Source: an uncultured Deferribacteres bacterium (GTDB lineage: Bacteria; Zhuqueibacterota; Zhuqueibacteria; Zhuqueibacterales; Geothermadaptataceae). Taken from it: DNA of 15,166 nucleotides. Each line of letters opens with the position of its first letter. The stretch's first letter is position 1. The translations under genes were made by a program, and so were the position numbers. The notes under the pieces were generated by a model. That model was not told where the DNA came from. It ran no database searches and worked only from the letters and a program-made list of their open reading frames with translations. Of the stretch, positions 1-8,172 are shown piece by piece. The DNA lies in the NCBI GenBank assembly GCA_964014485.1, contig CAXHAT010000188.1, positions 1 to 15,166 of the forward strand, read 5' to 3'.

Positions 1-11
1 AACTCAAATCA

Positions 12-217
12 GTCCCGGAGGGACGGTCGAGAATAGCCCGCCAGTTGACTGGCGGAGGAAAAATAAGCCGCTCTTTGAGTTAAGTCCCGGCAGGGACGAC
101 TGATATTTTTACACGACGTCGAACTTCAAGCGTCCCTGACGAGACTTCATGGAAATCAGACGTAACTCTAATCCAGCCAATGAATTGGCTGGCTATTTTC
201 GAATGTCCCTCCGGGAC
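12..217. repeat. 206-bp compound inverted repeat (REP/REPIN-like element with four GTCCC..GGGAC-type palindromes)
   Basis: GTCCCGGAGGGAC (12-24) is the exact reverse complement of GTCCCTCCGGGAC (205-217). Pairing continues with TCGAGAATAGCC / GGCTATTTTCGA. Each arm has an internal hairpin (CCGCCAGTTGACTGGCGG; CCAGCCAATGAATTGGCTGG). An inner pair AAGTCCCGGCAGGGACGACTGA (82-103) matches TCAAGCGTCCCTGACGAGACTT (126-147). Confidence 0.85.
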
Positions 218-326
218 AAGGTGCAAGTTATCCACAACCTTTTTATCGCGCGTGCGCCTGCGCGGGTATGATGTAAAAGTGACGTTTTTCAGGTGCTGTT
301 TGGGAAATTTTCAGGAGTGCACAACA

Positions 327-1463
327 TCAGTTTTTTACAACAAAATAATCGTCGAATTCCGTTTCAAGGAGCGTGGAAATTCTTTCTTGCAACTCTTCCA
401 GGTAGAGAATGCCGAATGCCAATTGTTGTTGGTAATCGAAAGGGACTTCATGAATGATTTTGGAGAAAAGCCCCCTGAATGACGGCCAGTCCGGCTCATG
501 CGTTTGAAGATTCGCGTTGGCGCCATTGTACGCAATGAAAAAGGCAAAAGCTTTGTCCGCGTTTTCTTCCCAAATCGCTTCCCAGTCGGGCTGAGCCTCA
601 TCGATGAAACTTTGGTAGGCGTTGCTCCCAAATCCGTAATAACTCAAATTCGCCAAGCCCATGCCGCCAAATCGCAGGGAATTTAGCTCGATTGGAACCA
701 GTTTGTCGCCCTGTAACCGAAACTCAGCGTGAATAGGAATTTGCGACAGATTGAGAATTTCGTTCAATTGTTGAAAGAAATCCTGAGCGGGCTGATAGAT
801 GCTTGAAAAAACTTCGGCGCTCGTGTAGTACATCATGTGCAAGTAAGCCGGATTGCGGGGCATTGGATGATGGTAAATATTGGTGATCATTGGCTTGCCG
901 TCACGCGTGTAAAACATATCGACCGCGAACTCTTCACCGACGACGCACTCTTCAACAATCAACTGCTCTGGCGATAAGACACTGTCCGAAAAGAGCGCGC
1001 TGTTTCTGGCAAGTTCTATTTTGATTTCAGCTTCTAAAGTTTGCAAATCGGCGTTCCCGTTTATCACTCGCACGCCGCTGCCAAAGCAACCCTTGACCGG
1101 CTTGACGACATAAGATTTTTCAGGGTTGAGCTTCAGGGAAGAAAGCGCCTGGGTTTCGATTTGCTGGAAGAAGAAGTCTGGGAAGAGCGGTTGCAGGGCT
1201 TCGCGAAAAGCAGTTTTGTCTTTCATCACCCCGATTCCCGTTTGCAAGCGCGAATCTTCCAGACGGGAGATCACTTCGTCGATGACGATTTCAGAAGTAA
1301 TGCAAACTTTATCCTCTGAAGAAAAACGCAAGTCCTTCTTCAGCAGTTCATTTTTGGTGAGAACGCGCAATCCCGGCGTTTCAGGCAACGTTTCAATCGC
1401 GCCCGCTTTCGCCGAAGGTTCTGCAATGAGCCAAGTATTCATGGGAATTTTAGCATTTGTCAT
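327..1463 (-). CDS. ATP-grasp domain-containing protein (putative carboxylate-amine/peptide ligase)
   Basis: 378-aa ORF with ATP-grasp motifs: KDK..FR, YVVKP..G..GSGV, LIVEECVVGEEFAVD, HAEFR and PIELNSLRFGG. The start may be the second Met at 1442. Confidence 0.85.
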   Translation of the reverse strand: MTNAKIPMNTWLIAEPSAKAGAIETLPETPGLRVLTKNELLKKDLRFSSEDKVCITSEIVIDEVISRLEDSRLQTGIGVMKDKTAFREALQPLFPDFFFQQIETQALSSLKLNPEKSYVVKPVKGCFGSGVRVINGNADLQTLEAEIKIELARNSALFSDSVLSPEQLIVEECVVGEEFAVDMFYTRDGKPMITNIYHHPMPRNPAYLHMMYYTSAEVFSSIYQPAQDFFQQLNEILNLSQIPIHAEFRLQGDKLVPIELNSLRFGGMGLANLSYYGFGSNAYQSFIDEAQPDWEAIWEENADKAFAFFIAYNGANANLQTHEPDWPSFRGLFSKIIHEVPFDYQQQLAFGILYLEELQERISTLLETEFDDYFVVKN

Positions 1464-1599
1464 TTTGTGATAATCTGAATGCCGCCGTTGTCAACGCCGT
1501 AAGCGACTTGTCATCTTTAAACTGGCGAGGGCCCCATTTAAGCAATGTCTAAAAATACAGGATCACTTTCGGGCGCCACCAAAATTTTCGAACCTTATT

Positions 1600-2331
1600 C
1601 TATAAGATTTTCCCCAGCGTCGAAGTAAACCCCACCTGCAACACCCAATTCGGAGCGGCGTCGTTGAGGCCGAGGGTGAGCGCGACGTCTGAGACCAGCG
1701 TTGGCGAGTGAGAAAAGCTAAGGCCAAAATCTACCCCGATAATCTCCGCTCCAGAGCCCGCCTGACCAAAGATTTCACCAAAAGCGCCGATTTTCCCGTC
1801 CAGAGTCGGCGAGACCGAAACCGCGCCTGTCAACGCGCCGCCGTATCCGGAAGATCGATCCATCAAAACCAATCCCGCCGTACCGTCAATCAAAAATGAT
1901 GACGTTTGCCGGCTGGCCGCGCCGTAAAATGTGAACGTCGGGTCAGCGTCGCCGCGCGGAAAATCAATGCGCCCGGCGACAGCCAGGGCGTCGGAGCCTT
2001 CATTGTAAATTTGCGCCTTCGCCTGCAAGCCGGGAGCGCCCACATCCGTGTCGCTTTCGCCTCCAAAACTGACGCGGTCTAGAATGCCGGACATGGCAAA
2101 GCCGAATTCTAATTTTTCGCTGACCGCAAGCTTGAGCAAAGCTGGCAGCGTGGTGAAATTATTTTGAAATGAAGCGCCGAACTCAATTTCAGCATAACCT
2201 TTCGCGGTCAAGTAGGCATTATCCGCCGCGGACGGGCGGGTGGGGTTGGCCGTCACGCCTTCCTGCGCCAACGCAATCGTCGGCGCAAGCAAAACGAGCA
2301 GAAAAATCGCCAGTTTTTTCATTGCATTCAT
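1600..2331 (-). CDS. Outer-membrane beta-barrel 'transporter' (MetA-pathway phenol degradation-like family)
   Basis: Signal peptide MKKLAIFLLVLLAPTIALA-Q (likely start 2322). N-terminal NPTRPS..DNA..T..G..EIEFG resembles the TDRP-type motif of this family. Alternating amphipathic strands, with a C-terminal WVLQVGFTS strand. Confidence 0.7.
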   Translation of the reverse strand: MNAMKKLAIFLLVLLAPTIALAQEGVTANPTRPSAADNAYLTAKGYAEIEFGASFQNNFTTLPALLKLAVSEKLEFGFAMSGILDRVSFGGESDTDVGAPGLQAKAQIYNEGSDALAVAGRIDFPRGDADPTFTFYGAASRQTSSFLIDGTAGLVLMDRSSGYGGALTGAVSVSPTLDGKIGAFGEIFGQAGSGAEIIGVDFGLSFSHSPTLVSDVALTLGLNDAAPNWVLQVGFTSTLGKIL

Positions 2332-2346
2332 AGGGTTTTAAAATCC

Positions 2347-2730
2347 TTTTTGACTGGATTTACGAGATTAACCGGATCATAAATATGCAACAGTTCACTC
2401 CGTCATTCCGAGTGGACTGTTCTTTAGGTACATATGCTGTTGCAAACAACACGACCTTGTTTTTGAAAAATGTTTCAACAGTTTGGAGCGAGGAATCTCA
2501 GGCGTCCCAAGAGGCGCTGCTGAGATTCCTCGCTTCATGCGTTCGAAAAGTTTACGTTTCCACGTCAATTCAGCCCTTCCAATATCGTCTGTACGGAAAT
2601 AAAAATCCGCTCGGAATGACAGGATTACAATTGCCGTTTGATGAGACAGTTTTCAATCTAATTTTTGCGGAGTAAAGAATTTGTTTGATCACAAAAATCA
2701 ATCTCGTGATCCTGTTATCCCGTCAAAAAA
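2347..2730. repeat. Outer inverted pair of short degenerate tandem repeats bounding the intergenic region
   Basis: Left: TTTT-TGACTGGAT-TTACGAGAT-TAACCGGAT (2347-2377). Right, read on the minus strand from 2730: TTTTT-TGACGGGA-TAACAGGA-TCACGAGA-T. Confidence 0.55.
2402..2620. repeat. 219-bp CGTC/TGTC-tagged palindromic element with expanded arms
   Basis: GTCATTCCGAGTGGA (2402-2416) pairs with TCCGCTCGGAATGAC (2606-2620) at 14/15. GGAGCGAGGAATCTCAG (2485-2501) pairs with CTGAGATTCCTCGCTTC (2520-2536) at 16/17. The intervening spacers are 68 and 69 bp. Confidence 0.85.
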
Positions 2731-2740
2731 TCACTCAACT

Positions 2741-5635
2741 TCAATCCGTGGCTTGTTTTTTCGGCTTCTTGTCTTTTTTGTCCTCCGGCTTTTTCGCGCG
2801 CGCTTTTAGGTGGTCTTTCATTTCAAGATGCGGCACGCCTTGCTTGAGCCATTCCGGCGCTTCCTTTCCTTTTAAATAGTGGTCAAAAAATTCGAGCATG
2901 CGGTAGGAATAGTCGCGGCGGTTGGCGGGTTCGCGCACGCCATGATTTTCGCCCTTGTATTGCAGCATGACCACCGGTTTTTCCAGACGACGCAGGGTGT
3001 TAAAATACTCGATCCCCTGGTTCCAGTCGACCGCGCCGTCCTTGTCGTTATGTAAAAGCAGCAACGGCGTTTTGACTTTTTGCGCGTAATAAACCGGCGA
3101 GTTGCGCGTGTAGGCCTCCAATTCTTCCCAGTATCCGCCGGTAAATCGTCCCTGACTGCTTTCAAAAATGGGCTGGTTGGCGCCGCCGGAATTCCAGTAA
3201 ATCGAGCTGTACATGCTGATCATGTTGGTCAACGGCGCACCCGCCGCAGCGGCCTTAAAAACCTCCGTTTGCGTGATTAGAAACGAGGTCTGGTAGCCGC
3301 CCCAGGAATGGCCGTGAATCGCAACGTTCTCGGCGTCGACTACACCGGTTTCGATCGCTGCTTTCACCGCCGGAACCACGCACCAAACCGCCGACATGCC
3401 GGGGTCGTTGACTTCATAAACGATGTCCGGCATCAGCACTGCGTAACCTTGACTAGTGTAGAGCGATTTGTTAAAACCGCCCGCCGACGGTGTAAAATAT
3501 CGGTGCCGCCACTGCGAGAGTTTTTCGTAAATGTAAACCACCGTCGGATAGCTCTGGCCTTCCTCGTAATCCGCGGGCAAGTACAAGACGCTTTGTAATT
3601 TCTTGCCTTTGTCGCTCTCATACTCAACCAACCGCGTTCCGGCGGACCAGGTGAATTTTTCTTGCTGGGCGTCGCTGTCAGTGAGCTTCTTAGCCTTCGC
3701 CAAATCTTTGTTCGCCGAAAAATAATCCGGCGCATCGTCGTGATCTTGCGCGGCATAAACAAAAACGTCGGCGTCTTTTGCCTTTTGTAAACTCGTGTAA
3801 AATTCGTCGCTCCAGAGCAAAGATTTTGCACCCGGCTTGCCTTTGTCCACACGCGCAATTCCGTTCATTTTTGTGAATTCCCCGTAAGCGCCGAAATAAA
3901 CCGAGCCCGCCAAATCGATTCCTTTTTCTTCCGGATCGAGCCGAAAACGCGAGCGGTAACGAATGCCGTCTTTCTTGCCATTGACGGTCAAATTTGCGCT
4001 TTTGCCGCCGTGAACATCGACGTTCCAAACATCCCAGCCGTCGTAAAGCAAAACGGATTTGCCGCTTTTCGCCCAACCAATCGGGCGAATCGGCGGCTTG
4101 ACGATGTTGTGATCGTCTTCCACATTGACGAAAGAAGTCCCCGCTTTTTCGGTCATGTTGTAAGTCTTGCCGGTGGCGAATTCGTAGGAAAAGAAGTGAC
4201 CGTCATTGTAAAAGTAGAAATGACGGTCGTCTGGCGACGGGCCGTAGTACCAGCGATTCTTTTGCACCGCCAATTTCCGCGCGCCGGTTTTCATATTCAC
4301 CGCATAAATATCGCGGAACCTTTGACCGTCGAGATTGCCGCGCCATTCGTAAGGGCTGACGTCAATGCCAACACCCCATTTTTGATTTTGCGTCGGCGTC
4401 ACCTGCCGCAAATCGTCGTCCGCCAAGCGAACGAACTTTTTGTCTTTGAGATGGAAAATGGAAAGATAGCTGAAATTCTTGTCACGATTTTCCTGCACTT
4501 GCTGGCGCGACTGCATACGCTTGTCCTTCCAATGCCAGATGACCAAATTGGCCGTCTCCGGTTCGGTCTTCTTTTTCCCCGGCGCTTTGGCGGCTTTTAC
4601 TTTGGCGGAATCTTGCTCGGCTTCCTTTTTCATCGCTTCTTCTTTCATTTCAGCGTCGTGAACGCCGAACAGAATCGCCGAAAAGTCCGCAGTCCATTCC
4701 GGTCGGCGGTTTGGGCTGATAGTCATGCCTTCCGGGAAAGATTCATCATCTGTGGGTTCGTAGACAGTCTTGGTCGGAGATTTTTGCGAGAAGCCGTTAA
4801 AACCAAGCAGCGTAAAAAGCTTCTTCTCGTAATCTTTGGACGGCTTACCTTTCACTACGGCCAGCGCTTCGCCTTTTTCCGTCCAGTTCAGGCCTTTGTA
4901 TTCGGCGGTGTCGCTGTCCAGCGTATGCGTCATGCTGCTGCTCATCTCGCGCAACTGCACGCCGTTGCCGATTTTATCGCTCGCGTCAACCGTCCACGCC
5001 AAATGATCGCCGGGTTTATTGAAGGCGAAATCCGCCACATTGCCGATGTTTTGCACGGCTTTCGTTTTTAAGTCATAAAGCAATAAATCCGTTCCGCTCC
5101 AGCCGTCCTTGCCTTTTTTGCGTCCTTCTTCCGGGTATTTGTGCAAAGCGAGCCAACCCGGATTTTCATTCGAGAAAGCGTATTTCTTGACTTGGTCAAA
5201 TTCCTGCATTTCGCCGCTGGAGAGATCGACGAGACCGGCTTTATTAAACGATTTCTTTTTCTGCTTTTTCAGTTTTTCCTTCTCTTTTTCCGTCGGGTAA
5301 ATCGTAAATGCCAGCCACTTTGCGTCCTCCGAAAAAGCCATGCCCGTTCCGCCGCCGCGCGTCGGCGCATTGCCAATTTTGAAGGAATGCTCCTCGCCTG
5401 ACTGCACGTTTTTTACAAAAATTTCGCTGTCGCCCTTGTTGGGTGAAACGCGCCATGCGAACCAAACGCCGTTGTTCGAAAGCAAGGTTGTTCGAACGCT
5501 TTTCCAGGTAATGGCGTCTTCAATGCCAATAGGACGCGGCGATTCTTTTTCTGCAGTTTCCTGAGAAAAAACGGTATTGAAAAGCAGAAAGGCGAAAGTG
5601 ATAATCGTGAAAATCTTTAGGCGGGACGTTGCCAT
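2741..5635 (-). CDS. Secreted S9 family (prolyl oligopeptidase/acylaminoacyl peptidase-like) serine peptidase
   Basis: 964 aa with a signal peptide, a beta-propeller-like N-terminal region and a C-terminal alpha/beta hydrolase domain. Catalytic motifs: GHSWGGY (Ser), NDKDGAV (Asp), GENHG (His). A GAGG SD-like sequence lies upstream. Confidence 0.93.
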   Translation of the reverse strand: MATSRLKIFTIITFAFLLFNTVFSQETAEKESPRPIGIEDAITWKSVRTTLLSNNGVWFAWRVSPNKGDSEIFVKNVQSGEEHSFKIGNAPTRGGGTGMAFSEDAKWLAFTIYPTEKEKEKLKKQKKKSFNKAGLVDLSSGEMQEFDQVKKYAFSNENPGWLALHKYPEEGRKKGKDGWSGTDLLLYDLKTKAVQNIGNVADFAFNKPGDHLAWTVDASDKIGNGVQLREMSSSMTHTLDSDTAEYKGLNWTEKGEALAVVKGKPSKDYEKKLFTLLGFNGFSQKSPTKTVYEPTDDESFPEGMTISPNRRPEWTADFSAILFGVHDAEMKEEAMKKEAEQDSAKVKAAKAPGKKKTEPETANLVIWHWKDKRMQSRQQVQENRDKNFSYLSIFHLKDKKFVRLADDDLRQVTPTQNQKWGVGIDVSPYEWRGNLDGQRFRDIYAVNMKTGARKLAVQKNRWYYGPSPDDRHFYFYNDGHFFSYEFATGKTYNMTEKAGTSFVNVEDDHNIVKPPIRPIGWAKSGKSVLLYDGWDVWNVDVHGGKSANLTVNGKKDGIRYRSRFRLDPEEKGIDLAGSVYFGAYGEFTKMNGIARVDKGKPGAKSLLWSDEFYTSLQKAKDADVFVYAAQDHDDAPDYFSANKDLAKAKKLTDSDAQQEKFTWSAGTRLVEYESDKGKKLQSVLYLPADYEEGQSYPTVVYIYEKLSQWRHRYFTPSAGGFNKSLYTSQGYAVLMPDIVYEVNDPGMSAVWCVVPAVKAAIETGVVDAENVAIHGHSWGGYQTSFLITQTEVFKAAAAGAPLTNMISMYSSIYWNSGGANQPIFESSQGRFTGGYWEELEAYTRNSPVYYAQKVKTPLLLLHNDKDGAVDWNQGIEYFNTLRRLEKPVVMLQYKGENHGVREPANRRDYSYRMLEFFDHYLKGKEAPEWLKQGVPHLEMKDHLKARAKKPEDKKDKKPKKQATD

Positions 5636-5972
5636 GATTGACCTCGCAGTTTGAGCTTGATTGTGGGTTTTGACAAGCTATTCGCGAGGGGTGAGAGATG
5701 CAAAAGAAAAGGCGCCGGGGCCGGGGTTCAGCAGGAGAAAGAGTTGGAATGAAAGCTATCGATTTGGCGTTTTAAAGGGCGATTTCCAAAAGATTATGAG
5801 TAATCCAACGATCAACAAAAATAACGGGTACATGTCTTTTCTCCTCTATTAAAAAGCCCCGGTTGGTCATTTACGTTTTGATCGAAAATTCATCGGGGAT
5901 TATCTTTCAAGCGCGTTTAACCTAATAGACAATGTTTATAGGTGAATGGTTTAGATTTTCGGAGATTTTTTT

Positions 5973-6587
5973 GTGAAAAAGCTCTGTTTCGTTTTAACAC
6001 TGGGGTTGGTTTTCGGTTTTTCAAGTATAGCGACGGCGCAATTCGGCGGAACTTCAAAGCCCAAAAAATTAGGGTTGGGCGCGAACGGCGGCCTGTTCCG
6101 GGTTTCTCTCAATGTTTTCGATGATGCTTACGGAGAACGATGGGGCGGCGCAGCCGGAGCGCACGCCTCGTACCGCTTCGGCAGGACGTTCAATGCGCTA
6201 GTAAAATATCGTCAATTTTCAAAAAGCGCCGATCCGCAACGAGACAACGTTGGAGCGGCGCGGGAATGGAAAGAGAATTGGGTCAACGTCGGCGTGCGTT
6301 ACATGGGCTGGAAGTCGCGCGGCGCCGGGAGTTACTTGAGCATTGGGCTTACTTTTTTTCAGGTTGATGAGCAGGGGCCTTCTTCAATCATCCCGGGGAA
6401 CTTTGGAGAAGTAGGCGAATCGAACCACAGTGGTTTTTTCCTTGATTTGGGCGTAAATTACAAGCTCATGGAGTATATCGCGCTCAATTTTGAGGCTGAG
6501 ATCACATCGGCAAACGTCGGCGGGTTGGAGACCACAAGCATTGGCGGCCTTTTCGCTTCCGTCGGTCTGACCATTTTTCCATTTTAA
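5973..6587 (+). CDS. Small outer-membrane beta-barrel protein (OmpA/OmpW-like)
   Basis: GTG start after GGAG, signal peptide MKKLCFVLTLGLVFGFSSIATA-Q, amphipathic strands (FFLDLGVNYKL; LFASVGLTIFPF) and a terminal Phe. Confidence 0.75.
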   Translation: MKKLCFVLTLGLVFGFSSIATAQFGGTSKPKKLGLGANGGLFRVSLNVFDDAYGERWGGAAGAHASYRFGRTFNALVKYRQFSKSADPQRDNVGAAREWKENWVNVGVRYMGWKSRGAGSYLSIGLTFFQVDEQGPSSIIPGNFGEVGESNHSGFFLDLGVNYKLMEYIALNFEAEITSANVGGLETTSIGGLFASVGLTIFPF

Positions 6588-6614
6588 CGATAATTTGAAT
6601 GTTCGGAGGAGAGC

Positions 6615-7844
6615 ATGCGCGGAGGGTTGGGTAACGTAAAGATTTTTTTTCTATTCGCACTTATTGCCGTTTTGTCTTGGGGGTGCGGTTCAGGCGGCGA
6701 TGAATCCGGAGCCGTGCGCGGCGTGACGGATACGGAAATTGTGATTGGCCAATGGGGGCCGCAGACTGGCCCCGCCGCACTCTGGGGCGCAGTCGGGCGC
6801 GGCACGGACGCCTATTTCAAAATGATCAACGACGAAGGCGGCATTCACGGCAGAAAGATCCGCTACATCTACCGCGATGACGCCTACCAACCGGCGCGAA
6901 CCAAAGCCGTCGTGAAAGAGTTGGTGGAACAAGAAGGCGTTTTTGCGGTTGTCGGCGGCGTCGGCACGGCGCCAGGCATGGCCGTGAAAGATTATCTTAT
7001 CGCGAAAAATGTCCCCTGGGTTTGGCCTGCGACAGGCTCGACTCATTTTGGCTTCCCGCCGCAAAACAATATTTTCGCTTCCTATCCGCTCTATTGCGAC
7101 GAAGCCGCAATTCTTGTCGATCACGCTTTCAACAAGCTCGGCAAAAAGAAAATCGCCGTCATTTATCAAAACGACGATTACGGCAAGGGCGGCCTGACCG
7201 GCGCTGAGATAAAAATTGGAAACTTGGGATCAGCTCTGGTGGAAAGCGCTGCCGTCAATCCAATGGACACCGATCTCAGTTCGCACGTTTTGAAACTGCA
7301 AGAATCCGGCGCTGACGCCGTCATTATGTACTTGCTGCCCAAACAAGCGGCCATTTTGCTCGGAACCGCTGAAAAATTCAGCTTCAAGCCGCAATGGATC
7401 AGTTCAAGCACATTGAGTGACGTGCCCTTGATGCACAACGTCACCAAAGGCCTGTGGGAGGGCGTTATCTTCGCCGCCTTTGGCGAACTGCCAGACGCCG
7501 ATCATGAACTCATGCAGAAATACCGCGACATGCATCAAAAATACGCTCCGGATGAAACATGGGGCACCTTTTTCTACTCCGGCATTCTTTTCGCTGAACC
7601 ATTGGTCGCCGGACTCAAAGCGGCGGGACGCGATCTGACGACGGAAAGCTTTATCAAAGCAATGGAATCGCTGAGAGATTTTAAGGGCATCGGCCCGCAC
7701 GTCACTTTTGGGCCTGGAGAGCGTCAAGGCGCGCGATCAGTATTTTTGGCGAGATGCAATTCCGCAACGGAAACCGAAGTCTTGACCGATTGGGTCAAGT
7801 CTGATATTTCACTTGACGAGGCCATTCAGCGCCTGGGCAATTAG
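6615..7844 (+). CDS. ABC transporter substrate-binding lipoprotein, branched-chain amino acid (LivJ/LivK-like) family
   Basis: GGAGGAG SD, lipobox-like SWG-C, and motifs GVTDTEIVIG..GPQTGPAA, INDEGGIHGRKI, DDAYQP and IAVIYQNDDYG. Confidence 0.9.
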   Translation: MRGGLGNVKIFFLFALIAVLSWGCGSGGDESGAVRGVTDTEIVIGQWGPQTGPAALWGAVGRGTDAYFKMINDEGGIHGRKIRYIYRDDAYQPARTKAVVKELVEQEGVFAVVGGVGTAPGMAVKDYLIAKNVPWVWPATGSTHFGFPPQNNIFASYPLYCDEAAILVDHAFNKLGKKKIAVIYQNDDYGKGGLTGAEIKIGNLGSALVESAAVNPMDTDLSSHVLKLQESGADAVIMYLLPKQAAILLGTAEKFSFKPQWISSSTLSDVPLMHNVTKGLWEGVIFAAFGELPDADHELMQKYRDMHQKYAPDETWGTFFYSGILFAEPLVAGLKAAGRDLTTESFIKAMESLRDFKGIGPHVTFGPGERQGARSVFLARCNSATETEVLTDWVKSDISLDEAIQRLGN

Positions 7845-7847
7845 TAA

Positions 7848-8025
7848 CTGACGTTACGCAGCCAATGTAGAAAATGAAAATGGAGTGCAAGGCTTGCCTT
7901 GCTATTCCGCTACGCTTTTTCCTAAACTTTTTCGTTAAAGTTCTGAATGCGCCGCTCCTTGCTGGCCGAAGCTGAAAGCAAAGCAAGCTTTGCACTCCTT
8001 ACGTTTGCGGCGCGCGTAACACCAG
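7848..8025. mobile_element. 178-bp MITE-like element with terminal inverted repeats, 7-bp target-site duplication and an internal REP doublet
   Basis: Terminal repeats CTGACGTTACGC (7848-7859) and GCGTAACACCAG (8014-8025) match at 10/12. Perfect flanking direct repeat TTAGTAA at 7841-7847 and 8026-8032. Internal inverted pair GGAGTGCAAGGCTTGCCTTGCT (7882-7903) / AGCAAAGCAAGCTTTGCACTCC (7977-7998). Confidence 0.8.
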
Positions 8026-8099
8026 TTAGTAACAACCAATTCATCATGGCGATCACAATGAACAATTGCTGCTCCTGACGACTTCGAAAGCCGTGATTT

Positions 8100-8158
8100 T
8101 GGAATGATGGATGACTGGATTGATGGAAATCCAAACTCCAACAATCCAATCATCCATT
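8100..8158. repeat. Back-to-back inverted octamer tandem repeats (TGGAnnnn / TCCAnnnn)
   Basis: TGGAATGA-TGGATGAC-TGGATTGA-TGGAAA is followed immediately by TCCAAAC-TCCAACAA-TCCAATCA-TCCATT. Confidence 0.7.
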
Positions 8159-8172
8159 TACCTCACCAACCC

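Noticed and set aside
12..217. Possible CRISPR array from the recurring GTCCC..GGGAC units
   Set aside because: The units are inverted, degenerate and irregularly spaced, and there are no cas genes.
228..236. Perfect DnaA box TTATCCACA
   Set aside because: It is a single copy with no box cluster, obvious unwinding element or replication genes in view, which is insufficient for an oriC call.
1467..1494. Minus-strand TTGACA upstream of the ATP-grasp gene
   Set aside because: The -35 is perfect, but the best -10 (TATCAC at 16 bp) is weak, so no promoter was called.
2385..2675. 96-aa ORF in the intergenic region
   Set aside because: It starts just upstream of the 219-bp palindrome and runs through it, with no protein-like features. 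ORFs 180..482, 7922..8149, 7935..8153 and 11989..12270 similarly overlap repeat elements.
4010..5071. 353-aa plus-strand ORF
   Set aside because: Antisense shadow of the S9 peptidase with no recognisable motifs. The same applies to the other short ORFs overlapping called genes.
5636..5972. Divergent intergenic region examined for a riboswitch, sRNA or the small ORF 5661..5852
   Set aside because: No recognisable aptamer, strong stem or coding signature was found.
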